A stretch of 64,000 bases of DNA from Spirochaetia bacterium. Lineage in GTDB: Bacteria; Spirochaetota; Spirochaetia; UBA9216. The translations under genes and the position numbers were made by a program. Positions 46,094 to 54,744 of this stretch are shown here, one piece after another. The stretch's first letter is position 1; every line of letters starts with the position of its first letter. The notes under the pieces were generated by a model, which made no database searches, had not been told where the DNA came from, and worked only from the letters and a program-made list of their open reading frames with translations. The stretch is from positions 2,464,001-2,528,000 of the forward strand of contig OY776510.1 of NCBI GenBank assembly GCA_963675665.1, written 5' to 3'.

Positions 46094-47188
46094 TCAGATT
46101 TCTCCTTTGGGAAGTCTCATTTTGTCGGCACTGAGGATCCGCTCAAGCATTTCGTCCGATATTGTATGGTTGAAAAAGGTCGTATAAAAGCTTCTGGTAA
46201 TCTGTTCAATGTTTACGTCCCTGAAGCGATCCGGATAAAGCAGTTTTGCAGTCCAGACAAGCGCAAGGGGCGTTTCCATTCCACCGGGGTGCCCCCAGCG
46301 TGATATACCGATGGGTATCTGGTATACCCTGTTGTTCTGAACCGCCTTCAGGCCGGCCCATTTCTCATTTGTAAGGATGTATTCATCAACATCCTCCTGG
46401 TTTGCAATAATTACATCGGCATCCCAGAGATAAATCTGCTCAAGGGACGCAAAATACTTGTTGTCATGAAACCTGAGGGGTTCTCCGACTGAAACATTGA
46501 TAGCACCTGTTAACTCTGTCCACTCGGCAGGGAGGGTCCCCGGTGCGTCGGTCCGGACTGCCTCATTGACTGAATGGTAGACCCGGATTCTGTCTTCCGT
46601 GGGGATATCAATTACCCGGGATTCAACAAAATCAATCTGGCGCTGATAATAATTATTATAAGCCTGTGCTTTTTCCTTTTTCCCGATGACGGTTCCTATC
46701 AATTCGATCGCCTTCATCTGTTCTTCGATTGTATTGTATTCTATTACGACATAAGGCAGGTTGAACCTTTCAATTTTTTCTATTTCAGCAGGCATTTGCG
46801 CAGTGTCGCCTTTCAGAAAAATGATGTCCGGGTTCGTTTTAAGCAGTTCCTCAATATTAATAACACCGTCGTCGGACGGGGTTGCGGCTTCTTTTATAAA
46901 CGGGTTGATTTCATTGAGAAGCCTGTCGCGTTTGGAGCCGTAGACAACTGAAACAATGTCTTCGCCTCGGTCCAGCATGGTTACTACATGAACGGTAAAG
47001 GCATAGATGCATGCTATACGTTCAATCCGTCCGGGAATTTCAACCTCACGGCCGAAGCAATCTGTAACTGTCACGGAGGCAGAGGTTTCGCTCTCTGTCT
47101 CCATTTCGACCGAGCCTGAAGAAAACAGAAAGGGAACAGCAAAAACAAGCAACGCTGAAGCAAGTATCAAGACGACCGGGTTTTTCAT
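46094..47188 (-). CDS. Type II ABC importer substrate-binding protein (BtuF/FepB/MolA class)
   Basis: VTDCFGREVEIP..IERIA, NIEELLKTNPD, LKAVQNNRVY.IP..RWGHP..E..LA.VW.AK.LYPDRF. Confidence 0.88.
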   Translation of the reverse strand: MKNPVVLILASALLVFAVPFLFSSGSVEMETESETSASVTVTDCFGREVEIPGRIERIACIYAFTVHVVTMLDRGEDIVSVVYGSKRDRLLNEINPFIKEAATPSDDGVINIEELLKTNPDIIFLKGDTAQMPAEIEKIERFNLPYVVIEYNTIEEQMKAIELIGTVIGKKEKAQAYNNYYQRQIDFVESRVIDIPTEDRIRVYHSVNEAVRTDAPGTLPAEWTELTGAINVSVGEPLRFHDNKYFASLEQIYLWDADVIIANQEDVDEYILTNEKWAGLKAVQNNRVYQIPIGISRWGHPGGMETPLALVWTAKLLYPDRFRDVNIEQITRSFYTTFFNHTISDEMLERILSADKMRLPKGEI

Positions 47189-48012
47189 TTGTCGGTTTTC
47201 TCCTGTATTGTTTTAATGGGAATAATGCTTTTCAGCGTACTGTTTCCGATAATGTGGTTTGTCATTGCTGTTTCCACGCCGAATACTTTTTTCATGTTTT
47301 CCGGGTTGAGGACCCCGGAGGGCGTGCCGGTTTTGATTAGTCTTCCGTTATCAATGAGCCCGGCAGAAACAGGAATTCCGCTGTTTTCAAGAAAGAAAGC
47401 GATATAAGGGGAATGGGTTGTAAGAACTACGGAGCGTGTTCCTTCCTTGATTATATCAACTATCATTTCCAGCAGAAGCATTTCGTTTCTGAAATCAAGA
47501 TGGCTTGAGGGCTCATCCATCACAAGCAGCGGAGCTTCCTGAACCAGGGCACGCATTATTAATACCAGCTGGCTTTCTCCGCCGGAAATGCGTGTGTAGT
47601 CCCTGTTTTTCAGATGCGTCAGATTCATCTTGTCGATCAAATCCGATACGGTTTCTTTATCCTTCCTGTCGGGTGAATCAAAAAAACCCGTATAAGCTGT
47701 TCTTCCCATAAGCACTACATCAAAAACGGTGAACGGAAAATTTTTCTTGTGGTTCTGGGGAATATATGCAAGTCTCCGGGCTATCCGGGACGGCGGAAGA
47801 CCGGAAATATCGGCGCCGTCGATAACTATTTTTCCTGACCTTGGCTTGTTGATTCCGAGAAAACAATCAAGAAGGGTTGTTTTCCCGCTTCCGTTGGGGC
47901 CCAGCAGGCAGAAAACTTCCCCGCGGCTGATTTTCAGGGACACATCATGAAGCACGTCAGCCGATTCATACCCGAACGAGACGTTTTCAGCATTGAGAAT
48001 GGTCTTACTCAT
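47185..48012 (-). CDS. Type II ABC importer ATP-binding protein
   Basis: Start at MSKTILNAE (ATGA overlap with permease stop); GPNGSGKTT, ISGGESQ, MDEPSSHLD. Confidence 0.9.
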   Translation of the reverse strand: MSKTILNAENVSFGYESADVLHDVSLKISRGEVFCLLGPNGSGKTTLLDCFLGINKPRSGKIVIDGADISGLPPSRIARRLAYIPQNHKKNFPFTVFDVVLMGRTAYTGFFDSPDRKDKETVSDLIDKMNLTHLKNRDYTRISGGESQLVLIMRALVQEAPLLVMDEPSSHLDFRNEMLLLEMIVDIIKEGTRSVVLTTHSPYIAFFLENSGIPVSAGLIDNGRLIKTGTPSGVLNPENMKKVFGVETAMTNHIIGNSTLKSIIPIKTIQEKTDK

Positions 48013-49028
48013 GTCTGCCAGCCCCTGGCTTTTGTCTTTTTTAAAAGGTATATAAAGAACGGCGCACCGATAAAGGCTGTGAGTATTCCCAGGGGCAGTT
48101 CGCTGCCGGAGATCAGCCTCGACAAATCGTCGACCACAAGCAGAAAACAGCCGCCGAGCGAAAAGCTGAACGGAACAAGGTGCCGGTTGTTGCTGCCTGC
48201 AATCATTCTTCCCATATGAGGGACAATCAGCCCGACCCAGCCGATAACTCCGCTGACGCAGACTGCGCCGGCTGTCGCCAGGGTAGCGCATACAATTACA
48301 AATATTCTCGTTATCCTGATATCAACGCCAAGGGTTTGGGCTTCTTTTTCGCCCATTGCAAGGACGTTTATTCTGTACCGTACCGCGAACAGCCCTATAC
48401 AGCCTGCCGCCATCGGAATGCCCGCAAGCAGGATGTCCTTATAACGGGCTGAAGCAAGACTTCCCATAAGCCAGAAAACAATCGCCGGAAGCTGATCGTA
48501 AGGGTCGGCTATATATTTTAAAAACGACAGCGCAGCTGAAAAAAGAGAGCCTATGACTATGCCGCCGAGCACCAGGGTTATATTGGATGCTGTTTTATAG
48601 ATACGCCCGACAAACCAGCTGAACACAACCGCCAGCCCTCCGAAAAGAAATGAAAACGGGTACACTGATGGATTGCTTCCGAAAAGGATTATCGCAAGCG
48701 CCGCACCAAACCCGGAACCGTTGCTCACTCCAAGCATGCCTGAACTTACCAGCGGATTACGGAACAATCCCTGAAAGGCTGTTCCTGAAACAGCAAGACT
48801 TCCGCCGACCATAACAGCCAGAATTGCCCGGGGCAGGCGAATATAGTTGACAATTCCTGCGGTTCTGGCATCGATGCGGGTCCCGGTAAACGGGTTCAGC
48901 AGGGCTGAAAAAACATCCCTTACGGGAATGGGGTACCGCCCGAGACAAAGAGAAATAATAATCAGTATCAGGGGTGCGGCCGGAATCAGAAAATACAGAA
49001 GCCCGGGCCGCTTTTCCGCGAGTCTCAC
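48009..49028 (-). CDS. FecCD/BtuC/MolB-family ABC permease
   Basis: IRLPRA, QGLFRNPLVS..MLGVS.G, FWLMGSL, GVIGWVGLIVPH. Confidence 0.92.
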   Translation of the reverse strand: MRLAEKRPGLLYFLIPAAPLILIIISLCLGRYPIPVRDVFSALLNPFTGTRIDARTAGIVNYIRLPRAILAVMVGGSLAVSGTAFQGLFRNPLVSSGMLGVSNGSGFGAALAIILFGSNPSVYPFSFLFGGLAVVFSWFVGRIYKTASNITLVLGGIVIGSLFSAALSFLKYIADPYDQLPAIVFWLMGSLASARYKDILLAGIPMAAGCIGLFAVRYRINVLAMGEKEAQTLGVDIRITRIFVIVCATLATAGAVCVSGVIGWVGLIVPHMGRMIAGSNNRHLVPFSFSLGGCFLLVVDDLSRLISGSELPLGILTAFIGAPFFIYLLKKTKARGWQT

Positions 49029-49031
49029 TGA

Positions 49032-49451
49032 TTATTCAGCTGTAGAAAAAGATACAGTTTGTTCGGAGCCGAGCAGGCTTCCGTTTTTTGCTGTCAGATC
49101 GGGAGAAATTACTATAATATACCCGGTTCCCGCGGTTAGCGGCCGAACCGGGGTCAACGTTATGGTTCGTTTATTCTCCGGCTCGATCTGATCATCCGGA
49201 AGGTATACGTCAATTTCAATCTCCAGGCCTTCGGGATTAAGCATCCTGAAACAGCCGGAGTTGTTTTCGGCTACCGCCATGTTCACAACATTGTTGCTGA
49301 ATTCAAGCACTACCGCTGTATCTACAGGTATGCCGGCAGCGCCGTCCTGAGGATTTGAAGATTTGAAAGAAAGTGCCTTGTCGCCGGCAAATACATTGCC
49401 CGTGGCTGTAAACAGAATCAGGGCAAGCAACAATGAAATTTTTCTCAGCAT
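49032..49451 (-). CDS. Secreted single Ig-like (Big_5/SbsA-type) domain protein
   Basis: Signal ending VFA; SSNPQDGA.GIPVD...LEFSNNV, DDQI, LTAGTGY, SFST. Confidence 0.82.
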   Translation of the reverse strand: MLRKISLLLALILFTATGNVFAGDKALSFKSSNPQDGAAGIPVDTAVVLEFSNNVVNMAVAENNSGCFRMLNPEGLEIEIDVYLPDDQIEPENKRTITLTPVRPLTAGTGYIIVISPDLTAKNGSLLGSEQTVSFSTAE

Positions 49452-49494
49452 ATAATACTCCGGATTTTAATTATTTCGCAGGATGCGGAAATAA

Positions 49495-49607
49495 ATCTCC
49501 TTTCCTGACGGGAGGCTTTCGGGTTTCCCTTAAGCCCTTGCCGCGGCGACACCGCGGACCGACTGCAAATCATGGAATTAAATCGTTAGATTATGCAGTT
49601 CGGAGAT
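49495..49607 (-). ncRNA. Molybdenum-cofactor (Moco/Tuco) riboswitch
   Basis: Minus strand: ATCTCCGA..CTGCA.AATCTAA..ATGATT.TGCAG.TCGG, CCGCGG-loop-CCGCGG, AGGGCTT..GGGAAACCC..AAGCCT, CCCGTCAGGAAAGGAGAT; P1 ATCTCC/GGAGAT; matches the Moco motif as I recall it. Confidence 0.85.
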
Positions 49608-49637
49608 GATCAAGCTTATCATAGAAATCACCGGCAT

Positions 49638-51188
49638 TCAATTGATATACAAATCTTCCCCGTCAAAATAAATGCTGTAATTTTTGTTTTTACCGGACGG
49701 GTACCGTCTGAGAAATGTTTCCGGATCAGTATTTGACAGTTCGTCAAGTATTTCCGGTTTTCGGCAAAGAACAACCTGAAAGGGTTTCCCGGGATTTTGA
49801 AAGGCCTCTTCCGCAGTTCTGCTCCATCTGATCAGGCTGTCCACAACAGGAAAAAGATGATCGAGCCCTGCCCGGTGGAATTCTCTGCGGAAGAAAACGA
49901 CAGCATCTATATTCGTATTCCCGGTATATTTTTCAAATAACTCTGATGGCGTTAAAGAAAGTGCGGCTGCAGCTGTTCCAAACCATGGGAAAGCCTGCTC
50001 CCGGTTATACAGCATGTCGACGGCGGCTGTGAGTTTTTCTGCCTTTCTCATATCGCTTCGGCTGAAGCTGTTACATTCGATTAACTGGTAGGATGGAAAA
50101 CCCTCATGATGTAATCCCAGGGTTTTTGACTTTTCCGTCAGTTCTGTGCCCGGCAGAACGGATAACGGAAAAATATCAATATTGTTCGGAGAGGTGCTTA
50201 CGGCGAAATCGAGAGATTTCATGAATGATTCATAATTGTCAAACGGCAGGCCGTATATAAGATCCAGGCCGAAGGTCAGGCCGTAACCGGACATCAGTTT
50301 GCATTTTTCGAGAAATTTATTACTGTTGAGGTTTCTGTTTATTTCGGTGAGGGCAGCATTGTTTGTTGTCTGAAGTCCTATCTGGAGCGAAACATCAAGC
50401 TCTGCAAAAAGTCCGCACAGTTTTTCGGTCATCAGCTCGGCCCTGATTTCAAATGTATAATGTGCATCGGGATAATTTTTTGCGATCAATTCAAGTACAG
50501 TTTCTGCATGTTTCCGGTTGTGATTGAATGTAGGATCAAGCACCCAGATTTTTTCTATACCGTTATTTTTGAATAACTGAAGTTCCCGCTCAATCCTTTC
50601 GTTTGTAATAGTCCTTATGGTTTTATTTCCTCTCGATTCATAGCAGAATGCACAATTATACGGGCAGCCCCTTGTGATTTCCCAAAGTACGCCGTCATAT
50701 TGACGGGAGGGTGAAATAACAGCCGGGTAGGGTGATTCACTCTCTGTAAAACCGGCGGGAGGAAAGTGTAGAACGGCGGATTTCTGCCTGGGCGGATTTA
50801 AAAGGGTTTCAGCAATAAGCTTTTCCGCTTCACCGATAACGATGAAATCAAATAAACCGGTTTCGGCAAAGCGGGAGGAATCAGCGCTGGGATGGGGTCC
50901 TCCGGTAAACAGCAGCAATCTTTTATTGCTTTTTCTCAAGCCGGCGGCAATTTTTATTATTTCGGCAGAATTCCAGGTGCAGGCGGAAAAGCCGAATGCG
51001 GAGGCGCCTGTTTTCAGCAGCTCTTCTGCTGCCTTTCCAGTGTTAATCGGAAGATAATATTCTTTCATTATTACATCAAACTCAGCGGTTCCCTGATTGT
51101 GTTTCAACGCGGTTTTAATAACGGCAGCTGCCAGCGGAAACGCCGGCGGAGTTTTTTCGACATGGATGGAAATCAGAACTATAGTCAT
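49638..51188 (-). CDS. B12-binding-domain radical SAM protein
   Basis: GFSACTWN, GGPHPS, GEAE, EITRGCPYNCAFC, DPTFN, DLIYGLP. Confidence 0.9.
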   Translation of the reverse strand: MTIVLISIHVEKTPPAFPLAAAVIKTALKHNQGTAEFDVIMKEYYLPINTGKAAEELLKTGASAFGFSACTWNSAEIIKIAAGLRKSNKRLLLFTGGPHPSADSSRFAETGLFDFIVIGEAEKLIAETLLNPPRQKSAVLHFPPAGFTESESPYPAVISPSRQYDGVLWEITRGCPYNCAFCYESRGNKTIRTITNERIERELQLFKNNGIEKIWVLDPTFNHNRKHAETVLELIAKNYPDAHYTFEIRAELMTEKLCGLFAELDVSLQIGLQTTNNAALTEINRNLNSNKFLEKCKLMSGYGLTFGLDLIYGLPFDNYESFMKSLDFAVSTSPNNIDIFPLSVLPGTELTEKSKTLGLHHEGFPSYQLIECNSFSRSDMRKAEKLTAAVDMLYNREQAFPWFGTAAAALSLTPSELFEKYTGNTNIDAVVFFRREFHRAGLDHLFPVVDSLIRWSRTAEEAFQNPGKPFQVVLCRKPEILDELSNTDPETFLRRYPSGKNKNYSIYFDGEDLYIN

Positions 51189-51260
51189 TTATCCGCCTGA
51201 AAGATTTATCAATAAGCTTTACAGCTTGATTAGTAAAAAAAGTATGATATATTAATTTAT

Positions 51261-51431
51261 ATGAAAAAATACTCTTTATCAATTACGATCCCGATGTTTC
51301 GGAGTCTTGAACAGGAAACGGCTCTGGATGCTCTTCTTTCGAGCAAAAGATTTTGTGCTTATACCAGAACAGTTTATATTGATCAGGCTACACATGCCAA
51401 ATTTGAAAAGTTTATTATCAGATACATCTGA
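51261..51431 (+). CDS. Putative 56-aa leaderless small protein (not in ORF track)
   Basis: MKKYSLSITIPMFRSLEQETALDALLSSKRFCAYTRTVYIDQATHAKFEKFIIRYI; TTGATT-N16-TATATT-N7-ATG. Confidence 0.5.
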   Translation: MKKYSLSITIPMFRSLEQETALDALLSSKRFCAYTRTVYIDQATHAKFEKFIIRYI

Positions 51432-51582
51432 ATCGGCCTGTTTTCCGGTACTTTTATTAGAATTTCGTTAATAAGGGTGAAATCACGAAAATGTCAAGAA
51501 AAAATTTCAGGAATAGCTTGACTTTTTTATTTATAAGTACTATTTTATCGATATAAATAATTCTTGTTAAGAGGAGTATGAA

Positions 51583-52029
51583 ATGACTCATAAAATAAAC
51601 AAAGCACAGGTAATGGAAGTCATGCTGACAAAAGAAGGAATTGACTTCCGGACAAGTGAAGGATGGAACACACTTGCGGAGCATGTTGATGTTCATAATC
51701 AGCTTCTTAATAAAAAGCTCGGCTGGAATGTATCCTGGGATGACGCACTTTTCTCATGGTATGAAAACGTATATACACCGTTAAAAAGGGTAATCAGCGC
51801 AAGAGGATTCAGAAGGACTTTTTCAGAGATGACTTCAGGCGAACTGTATCTTGCAGTTTCGGATCACTGGTATTATCTGAAAGAGAATAATAAGGATATT
51901 AACGCTGAAATTGCCGCAGGTAACTTTGCATATGTAAACCGCCGAAAACCGGTGAACCTGCTTAAAAACTTTTTCAAACCTACCGGAGACGGCAACGACA
52001 CAAAAGCCGCCGGGAAAAGAGCAGCATAA
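51583..52029 (+). CDS. Stand-alone DUF4032-like domain protein
   Basis: EHVDVH..LN, SWDDALFSWYENVYTP, T.GELYLAVSDHWYYLKE; SD AAGAGGAG. Confidence 0.65.
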   Translation: MTHKINKAQVMEVMLTKEGIDFRTSEGWNTLAEHVDVHNQLLNKKLGWNVSWDDALFSWYENVYTPLKRVISARGFRRTFSEMTSGELYLAVSDHWYYLKENNKDINAEIAAGNFAYVNRRKPVNLLKNFFKPTGDGNDTKAAGKRAA

Positions 52030-52060
52030 TAATAAAGTTTAAGTTTACTGTCTGATATAT

Positions 52061-52094
52061 GAAAGGGTTGTGCGGGATTCGTACAACCCTTTTC
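52061..52094. terminator. Probable bidirectional terminator
   Basis: GAAAGGGTTGTGCG-loop-CGTACAACCCTTTTC between convergent genes. Confidence 0.75.
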
Positions 52095-53614
52095 TATTCA
52101 TCAACAAGCTGACGGCTCGCAAACTGCGGATCGCTGGTATGATTTATTCTCAGTTTTCGAAGGCCCGCTTCGTCTCCTGATGACGCAAGATGGGTCAAAT
52201 GCGCTTCACAGCCCTGCAGTTCCTTCAGCTTTTCCATCGCAGTCTGGGCGGCCGGATTTGCTGCAGCTGAAATTGCGAGTGCTATCAGTACCTCGTCTAG
52301 ATCCAGGCTGACCCGTCTGCCGTCAAGAACCTTGTCCTTAAGAAAACGTACCGAGCTTATAATGCTTTCTGGTATCAGATGAATATTGCCTGGAATTCCG
52401 GCAAGATGTTTGGCTGCATTCAGAATTAGAGCGGATGCAGCATGCATTGTTTCAGAATTGGAACTGGTTATTATTGTCCCGTCATTCAGCTGAACGGCTG
52501 CGCCGGATACTATACCGTCCCGGCCTTTTCCCCGTTTGGACCCGTCTTCCATAGCTGCCCTGGCGGCGGGAACTGTAACCCTGTCCCCGGAATGAAGTTC
52601 GAGATTGTCCATAAGCAGCTTTATTCTGTCTATGGCCTGTTTTGAGCCGGACCCCCTGATGTAATCGCATGATGCTCTGAAATATCTTCGAATGATTTCC
52701 TGCTTTGAGGCTTCACGTACGGCATTATCGTCATAGATTCCGAATCCGCAGCGGTTTACCCCCATATCGGTAGGCGACTGATAGAAGGATTTTTCCCCGG
52801 TTATCTTTTCAATTATTCGTTTCAGTACAGGAAAAGCTTCAATGTCGCGGTTATAGTTAACTGCTGTTTCTCCGTAGGCTTCGAGATGAAAGCTGTCTAT
52901 CTGATTGACATCGCCCAAATCGGCTGTTGCGGCTTCGTACGCTACATTTACGGGATGGCTCAACGGAAGATTCCATATCGGAAAGGTTTCAAGTTTTGCA
53001 TAACCGGATCGTATTCCGTTTCTGTAATCGTGATAAAACTGTGAAAGGCAGGTTGCAAGTTTACCGCTTCCGGGACCGGGGGCCGTAACAACAACTACCG
53101 GCCGGCTGGTTTCGATATATTCATTTGCACCGTAACCGTTGTCGCTGACTACAAGATCGACATCGGTAGGATACCCTTTCGTGTATTTGTGCGTGTAAAC
53201 CCTGATACCGCGACGTTCCAGAAGGTTCCGAAACTGAATGGCGCCGGGCTGATCTTCAAAACGGGTGATAACCACCCCTGCGACATTCAGATCCCAGGAT
53301 GTGTAATCATCGATCAGTTTCAAGGTGTCCGTGTCATAGGTTATTCCGAAATCAGCCCGGACTTTTTTCTTTTCGATATCTCCGGCATAAATACAGATTA
53401 TGACATCAATCTTTTCCCTGAACGCCTGAAATACCTGCATTTTGACATTCGGATCAAACCCGGGCAGGACCCGTGACGCGTGGTAATCAAATATCAGTTT
53501 TCCGCCGCATTCAAGATAAAGTTTGTTATCGAATTTCGATACTCTTTCAAGAATAGCGGACGTTTGTTCTTCAAGGTATTTATTGTTGTCGAAACCTGCC
53601 TTCAGTGTTTTCAT
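52094..53614 (-). CDS. DUF1846 (UPF0371) family protein
   Basis: GFDNNKYL, KLYLE.GGKL..DYHASRVLPG, TAPGPGSGKLATCLSQ, SPTDMGVN. Confidence 0.9.
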   Translation of the reverse strand: MKTLKAGFDNNKYLEEQTSAILERVSKFDNKLYLECGGKLIFDYHASRVLPGFDPNVKMQVFQAFREKIDVIICIYAGDIEKKKVRADFGITYDTDTLKLIDDYTSWDLNVAGVVITRFEDQPGAIQFRNLLERRGIRVYTHKYTKGYPTDVDLVVSDNGYGANEYIETSRPVVVVTAPGPGSGKLATCLSQFYHDYRNGIRSGYAKLETFPIWNLPLSHPVNVAYEAATADLGDVNQIDSFHLEAYGETAVNYNRDIEAFPVLKRIIEKITGEKSFYQSPTDMGVNRCGFGIYDDNAVREASKQEIIRRYFRASCDYIRGSGSKQAIDRIKLLMDNLELHSGDRVTVPAARAAMEDGSKRGKGRDGIVSGAAVQLNDGTIITSSNSETMHAASALILNAAKHLAGIPGNIHLIPESIISSVRFLKDKVLDGRRVSLDLDEVLIALAISAAANPAAQTAMEKLKELQGCEAHLTHLASSGDEAGLRKLRINHTSDPQFASRQLVDE

Positions 53615-53690
53615 GATTGTTCCTCTCCCGGCTGTTATTTATATCTCCGGTGATTTTACCATATCCGAATTGCAGTGCACAATTATTAAA

Positions 53691-54713
53691 TTAATGTTTT
53701 AAAAAATGGATTTTATCCGGCTCCGAAGGCTCCTGTCTGATACTGAGATTAAGCTGTGCGGCCAGAGCTTTCAATATAATGAAACTGAATTCCATCCGTC
53801 CTGTGCAGTTTTCCATCTCGATTTTGACCCCGTCGCATCCGAAAATAATTTTTTCAATATTTGAGTCGGTATCATGCAAGATTGACAGACTTATGCCGGG
53901 ATTTCCGGCATCAGAAAAAAGTTTGAACGATACTGTTAACAGTTCATTAACTATAAGTCCTAGCGGAATAGCAACGTCAAGATTGACAAGAGGTTTCGGA
54001 ATATCAAGATCAATATTAATCTTCTCTATTTCAAATGAATATTCCGTTGCCAGATTATGCAATATTGAATGAATCTGATCGGCTATGTCTATTTCATATA
54101 TTTGCCCGGAATAATAAAAATCCTGATGGATATCGGCCAGTATGCGTATACGATCGGCTATCTCGTTCAGTGTTTGAAGCGAATTTGGAGAGATGTACGA
54201 TTTTTGTATCTCAAGAAGCGACATAATCAGCTGCATGTTGTTCTTGACCCGGTGATGGACCTCTGAAAGAAGAATATTTCTTTCGCGCAATGATCTGATG
54301 AGTTCCTGCTCGGTTTTTTTCCGATCTGAAATATCCCTTGTTGTTCCCTGGAGCCCGATCAGTTTACCGTTCTCATCCTTTGCGATCCGGCCTGTAATTT
54401 CAACGTCTACTTCCCTTCTGTTTATATCCAGAACTTTTGTTTCAAAAGTAACTTTATTGAATGTTTTATAATACCTGATTGCTTTCATTGCGTAACCGGC
54501 AGCTTTCAGGAATTCTTTTTTTGAAAAGTGGTCCTTAAGTTTTGTGCCGATCCATTCTTCGGGTTTTGCGCCCACAATCTGTTCAATCGAAGGGCTTAGA
54601 TAAGTAAATTTCAGGTTAAGATCCATAGTCCAAATGCAGTCTATTGAATTTTCAGCAAGCAGTCTGTATTTTCTCTCACTTTCAATAAGCTTTTTGTTAT
54701 AACTTTGATCCAT
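53691..54713 (-). CDS. PAS + HisKA_2 sensor kinase with degenerate ATP-binding domain
   Basis: YRLLAENS.D, GTTRDISDRK, EVHHRVKNNMQ; altered N/G1/G2 boxes; start trimmed to MDQSY. Confidence 0.82.
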   Translation of the reverse strand: MDQSYNKKLIESERKYRLLAENSIDCIWTMDLNLKFTYLSPSIEQIVGAKPEEWIGTKLKDHFSKKEFLKAAGYAMKAIRYYKTFNKVTFETKVLDINRREVDVEITGRIAKDENGKLIGLQGTTRDISDRKKTEQELIRSLRERNILLSEVHHRVKNNMQLIMSLLEIQKSYISPNSLQTLNEIADRIRILADIHQDFYYSGQIYEIDIADQIHSILHNLATEYSFEIEKINIDLDIPKPLVNLDVAIPLGLIVNELLTVSFKLFSDAGNPGISLSILHDTDSNIEKIIFGCDGVKIEMENCTGRMEFSFIILKALAAQLNLSIRQEPSEPDKIHFLKH

Positions 54714-54744
54714 AACTATAATTGTAATGTTTAAGATTTGGAAA

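Noticed and set aside
48013-48291. N-terminal extension of the 368-aa ABC ATPase ORF
   Set aside because: It overlaps the permease in another frame; the ATGA-coupled start at 48012 gives a normal-length ATPase
49495-49607. Cobalamin riboswitch (suggested by BtuC-like permease, GGGAA and the nearby B12 radical SAM gene)
   Set aside because: No GCCCCCGC/ACTGT or B12-box elements; the sequence fits the Moco motif instead
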